This document shows, piece after piece, positions 60,806 to 64,000 of a stretch of 64,000 nucleotides of DNA. The DNA is taken from NCBI GenBank assembly GCA_048938855.1, contig JBHLLT010000001.1:32001-96000 (forward strand), in the 5' to 3' direction. The stretch comes from Promethearchaeota archaeon. GTDB taxonomy: Archaea > Asgardarchaeota > Lokiarchaeia > Sigyniarchaeales > SOKP01. Below the pieces are notes generated by a model. The model made no database searches, had not been told where the DNA came from, and saw only the letters and a list, made by a program, of their open reading frames with translations. The position numbers and the translations under genes are program-made. Every line of letters starts with the position of its first letter. Position 1 is the first letter of the stretch.

Positions 60806-62539
60806 TTATTTTAAAATTTTTATTCCTCTAAGTTCTAATTTATGTAAGAAATCCAAGTAACCCTTAAGATTATTTTTCTCTATATTTAGATATTGAAGTG
60901 AAGGTAAGGTTTCTAGAGATTCCGGAAGATCAGTTAGATAATTTGATCTCAAAAACAAATATTTCAACTTCTTAAGTCTTCCAATTGAAATGGGAAGACT
61001 TGATAACTTATTATTCCCCAGATATAAATATTTCAAAGATTGTAAGGAACCTATTGTTTCTGGTATCTCTTCTAATTCATTATAATATAAATATAAATGT
61101 TTAAGTGAGGTTAGAGATCCTAATGTCTCTGGAACAGCGATTAAATGATTTTTACCTAAATCTAATACCTCTAAAGTTGTAAGAAAGCCGAGGGATTTAG
61201 GAATTGAAATTAATTTATTAAATCCAAGGATGAGGGTTTTTATTTGGGGAAGAGCTCCAATTGATGGAGGAATATTTTCTAATTTATTAGTAGAAATATC
61301 TAATTCAATCAAGGATTCTAGTGTCCCTATTGACTCTGGTACTTTTGTTATTTCATTTTTACTCAGATCTAATATTTCTAACGATAATAGATTGCCAATA
61401 GATTGAGGTAAATATTCAATTTTATTATCATATAAATTTAATTCACGAAGAGATTTTAGGTGTCCAATTGATTCAGGTAATTCTATGATATTATTGGTAT
61501 CAAGTTCTAAAGTCTGAAGATTCTTCAACTTACCTATAGTTTCTGGAATAAGCATTAAATCATTCCGAGCACCTCTTAATATCATAAGTAATGATAATTC
61601 TCCTATCGAATCTGGCAGGTTTTCTATATTATTATCTGTAATTTCAAAACGTAATAAAGAATTAAGAGATCCTATTGAATTTGGTATCTCTTTTAATTTA
61701 TTAGATGAGGCACTTATATTTTCCAATAGGGAAAGCGATCCAATACTTTCAGGAAGAGAAGTTAATTCATTTGAAGATAAACCTAAATATTTTAGATTTT
61801 TTAATTGACCAATTGAGTCTGGTAATTGAGAAAGATTATTTCCTTTTAAAAATAAAGATGTTAAAGAAGTCAAATCACCAATTAGCTCAGGAAGTATTGT
61901 TATTTTATTATTCCTTAGATTTAACTTCTTCAATGAGTTTAATTCACATATAGCATCGGGAAGACTATTTAATTTGTTATTTCCAAGGAAAAATATTTCT
62001 AATGACTTTAATCCACCAATAGAATCAGGTAATAGCTCAATTTTATTACGACTGAGATCTAATGTTTTGAGTCTTTGCATTTCTCCAATCGATTTTGGAA
62101 TGCTCTTTAATTTATTTTCACTTAAATCAAGAATTTCCAAAGATTTTAATGATCCAATAGTTTCGGGTAAAATATTTAATTTATTTGATTCTAAATGGAG
62201 TTCCTTAAGAGAAGAAAGTAAATTTATAGATGTGGGTAGATGTGTTAAATGATTTTCGCTTAAATCTAAGATTTCTAGTCTTGGAAGAGAAAATAGTTGT
62301 TCAGTAATGGTAGCTAAATTATTCCCTCGGGCGAAAATCTTCCTCAGTGAAGTAAATAACGCTATTTCTCTAGGAATTTCCGATAATCCACAAGAAAAAA
62401 GATTTAATCCTGAAATATGATCATCTTCTACATAATATCCAAGTGAGTATCTCTCGAGCTGAGGAATTTCAGATATTGGTTCTCCTATTTGGTTTTTTAA
62501 TATCTCTAATGCTTCTAATTCTTTTTCTGTAATTGTCAT
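60806..62539 (-). CDS. Leucine-rich repeat protein (about 23 tandem 23-aa repeats)
   Basis: LxxLxLxxNxLxxLPxxIGxL repeats; no signal peptide or catalytic domain. Confidence 0.95.
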   Translation of the reverse strand: MTITEKELEALEILKNQIGEPISEIPQLERYSLGYYVEDDHISGLNLFSCGLSEIPREIALFTSLRKIFARGNNLATITEQLFSLPRLEILDLSENHLTHLPTSINLLSSLKELHLESNKLNILPETIGSLKSLEILDLSENKLKSIPKSIGEMQRLKTLDLSRNKIELLPDSIGGLKSLEIFFLGNNKLNSLPDAICELNSLKKLNLRNNKITILPELIGDLTSLTSLFLKGNNLSQLPDSIGQLKNLKYLGLSSNELTSLPESIGSLSLLENISASSNKLKEIPNSIGSLNSLLRFEITDNNIENLPDSIGELSLLMILRGARNDLMLIPETIGKLKNLQTLELDTNNIIELPESIGHLKSLRELNLYDNKIEYLPQSIGNLLSLEILDLSKNEITKVPESIGTLESLIELDISTNKLENIPPSIGALPQIKTLILGFNKLISIPKSLGFLTTLEVLDLGKNHLIAVPETLGSLTSLKHLYLYYNELEEIPETIGSLQSLKYLYLGNNKLSSLPISIGRLKKLKYLFLRSNYLTDLPESLETLPSLQYLNIEKNNLKGYLDFLHKLELRGIKILK

Positions 62540-62694
62540 TTTTGAAGTATTAGTTCTAATATCCTTCTAGAAATATTATATATTATTCTTTAAAAAATAA
62601 TATAATCTGGTGATATTAATGCTTATTGCATTAGAATTTAGATCAAATAAAAAATAAATATAGAAATTGAAATCAAATTGGCTTAAAATGCAAT

Positions 62695-63897
62695 TTAAAA
62701 ATCAATTTCTTTTCCATCATATGCATATGTATAAAGTCTTGAGAAATCATCTTTACTAGGGCTTCTTGGAGCCATCACACCACTAGGATCTTGATAACAT
62801 AAAGAAATTAAAGCACCCAAATGTTTTTCGAATTCTTCTCTTTCTATGCCTAAATCTTTAAGAGATGTAGGAAATTCTACTAATTTTTGAAGCTCTTTTA
62901 TTTTTTCTAAAACTATGTTAGCTGCTTTCTTATCTTCATCTTCCCATTTTGCCCATCCTAATTTTTTTGCTAATTCTGAATATAACTGAATAGCTTCATT
63001 TGTATCACCTGGAGCATTTATACAATACTGCAAAACATATGGTAGAAAAAGACCTACTAAACTGCCGTGAGGAAATGGAAAAATCGCCGCAAAACTATGT
63101 CCAAGTGCATGAACTATATGAACTTGAGAATTACTAAATGCTATTCCCGCCATTGTTGCCGCTTGGTGTAAAAAATCCCTAGCTTCCATGTTATTTCCCT
63201 CTTTAAAAGCAACAGGGAGATATTTAAAGATTAATTCAATAGCTTTTGGTACTAATGCATTACTGAATTCATTTCTCCAAGCAGAAATATAAGCTTCAAA
63301 CGAGTGTGAGAGAGCATCAAATGCAGTACTAATTGTTAACTTCTGAGGCATTCCACTAGGAAAGATCGGGTCAACTATTGCATATGTTGGAACTAATGAT
63401 TCATGAGCAAAAGACCCTTTTCTCCAAACACCATTTTTGTATTGTGAAACAATAGCTGCCCAAGTTGCTTCAGATCCAGTTCCTGAAGTAGTAGGAATTG
63501 CTATAAATTTTGCTTTTTTAGCAAAATTAAATAATTCAGGGTTGTTAAAATTTATATCATCAATTGTAAAACTAGGATACTCATACATTGCCCAAACGAC
63601 TTTAGCTGTATCCATTACTGAGCCCCCACCTAAAGCTATTATTAAATCTGGAGCAAATTTATTGCAATCCTCCTTTCCCTTCATTACATCATCTTCATGT
63701 GGATCTGGAATAACATCTTTAAATACGCGGAATTCCTTCCCAAACTTATCTAGTACATCTGTAAGGATTTTTAAATACCCTAATTCTTCAAGAGTATTAT
63801 CAGTTACTATAAAACATTTTTTTCCAGGTATATTTTCAAAAGCAGCTAAAGAACCTTCACCATAAAATACTTTTGGACTAAAAAAATGCCACATCAT
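62695..63897 (-). CDS. Iron-containing alcohol dehydrogenase
   Basis: ALGGGSVMD, IPTTSGTGSE, DALSHSFE, HALGH, HG. Confidence 0.93.
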   Translation of the reverse strand: MMWHFFSPKVFYGEGSLAAFENIPGKKCFIVTDNTLEELGYLKILTDVLDKFGKEFRVFKDVIPDPHEDDVMKGKEDCNKFAPDLIIALGGGSVMDTAKVVWAMYEYPSFTIDDINFNNPELFNFAKKAKFIAIPTTSGTGSEATWAAIVSQYKNGVWRKGSFAHESLVPTYAIVDPIFPSGMPQKLTISTAFDALSHSFEAYISAWRNEFSNALVPKAIELIFKYLPVAFKEGNNMEARDFLHQAATMAGIAFSNSQVHIVHALGHSFAAIFPFPHGSLVGLFLPYVLQYCINAPGDTNEAIQLYSELAKKLGWAKWEDEDKKAANIVLEKIKELQKLVEFPTSLKDLGIEREEFEKHLGALISLCYQDPSGVMAPRSPSKDDFSRLYTYAYDGKEIDF

Positions 63898-64000
63898 AAG
63901 CTTTAACCTTCGATTTTGCTTTACTAATTTGAGATTTATTAAATTGATTTAATTTGTAAATAATATTTTTGGTTTTATTAAATTTTATATTTACATTAAA

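Noticed and set aside
6-63865. Short shadow ORFs in the track (e.g. 6-206, 5177-5569, 10103-10399, 19906-20295, 48756-49103, 51499-51843, 63437-63865)
   Set aside because: They overlap well-supported genes in antisense or alternative frames and carry no motifs.
1-64000. tRNA, rRNA, CRISPR arrays, IS/transposases, integrases
   Set aside because: No GC-rich cloverleaf or rRNA-like segment, no regularly spaced repeats and no transposase or integrase motifs seen; intergenic gaps are short and AT-rich.

Overview
AT-rich, gene-dense archaeal chromosomal segment. It is most likely from an Asgard archaeon (Lokiarchaeia-like), inferred from archaeal markers (RadA, ASH-Ski2/COG1202 helicase, ADP-forming acyl-CoA ligase beta subunit) occurring together with many eukaryotic-signature-type proteins. 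These include an actin-family protein, a Rab-like small GTPase, three longin-like domains, a JAMM/MPN protein, a HEAT/winged-helix (PCI-like) protein, a 23-repeat LRR protein and an SSUH2-like protein. Metabolic genes include folD, purH, guaB, a THF-linked histidine degradation cluster (hutU-hutH-hutI plus formiminotransferase), comDE, a PGI, a P-type IIA ATPase and several dehydrogenases. No rRNA, tRNA, CRISPR array or mobile element was recognised. Most notable observations: (1) an actin homolog with two zinc ribbons inserted into the fold and substituted hydrolysis residues; (2) a 1559-aa single-pass receptor-like protein whose cytoplasmic part is longin-like + wHTH + helical repeats; (3) a JAMM isopeptidase-TPR fusion next to a tandem C2HC zinc-finger protein; (4) evidence for ATT initiation in three genes; (5) a duplicated 27-bp operator between an ABC exporter and a tandem GbsR/MarR pair; (6) two small ORFs missed by the ORF track. 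All family calls come from motif recognition by eye, not database searches.
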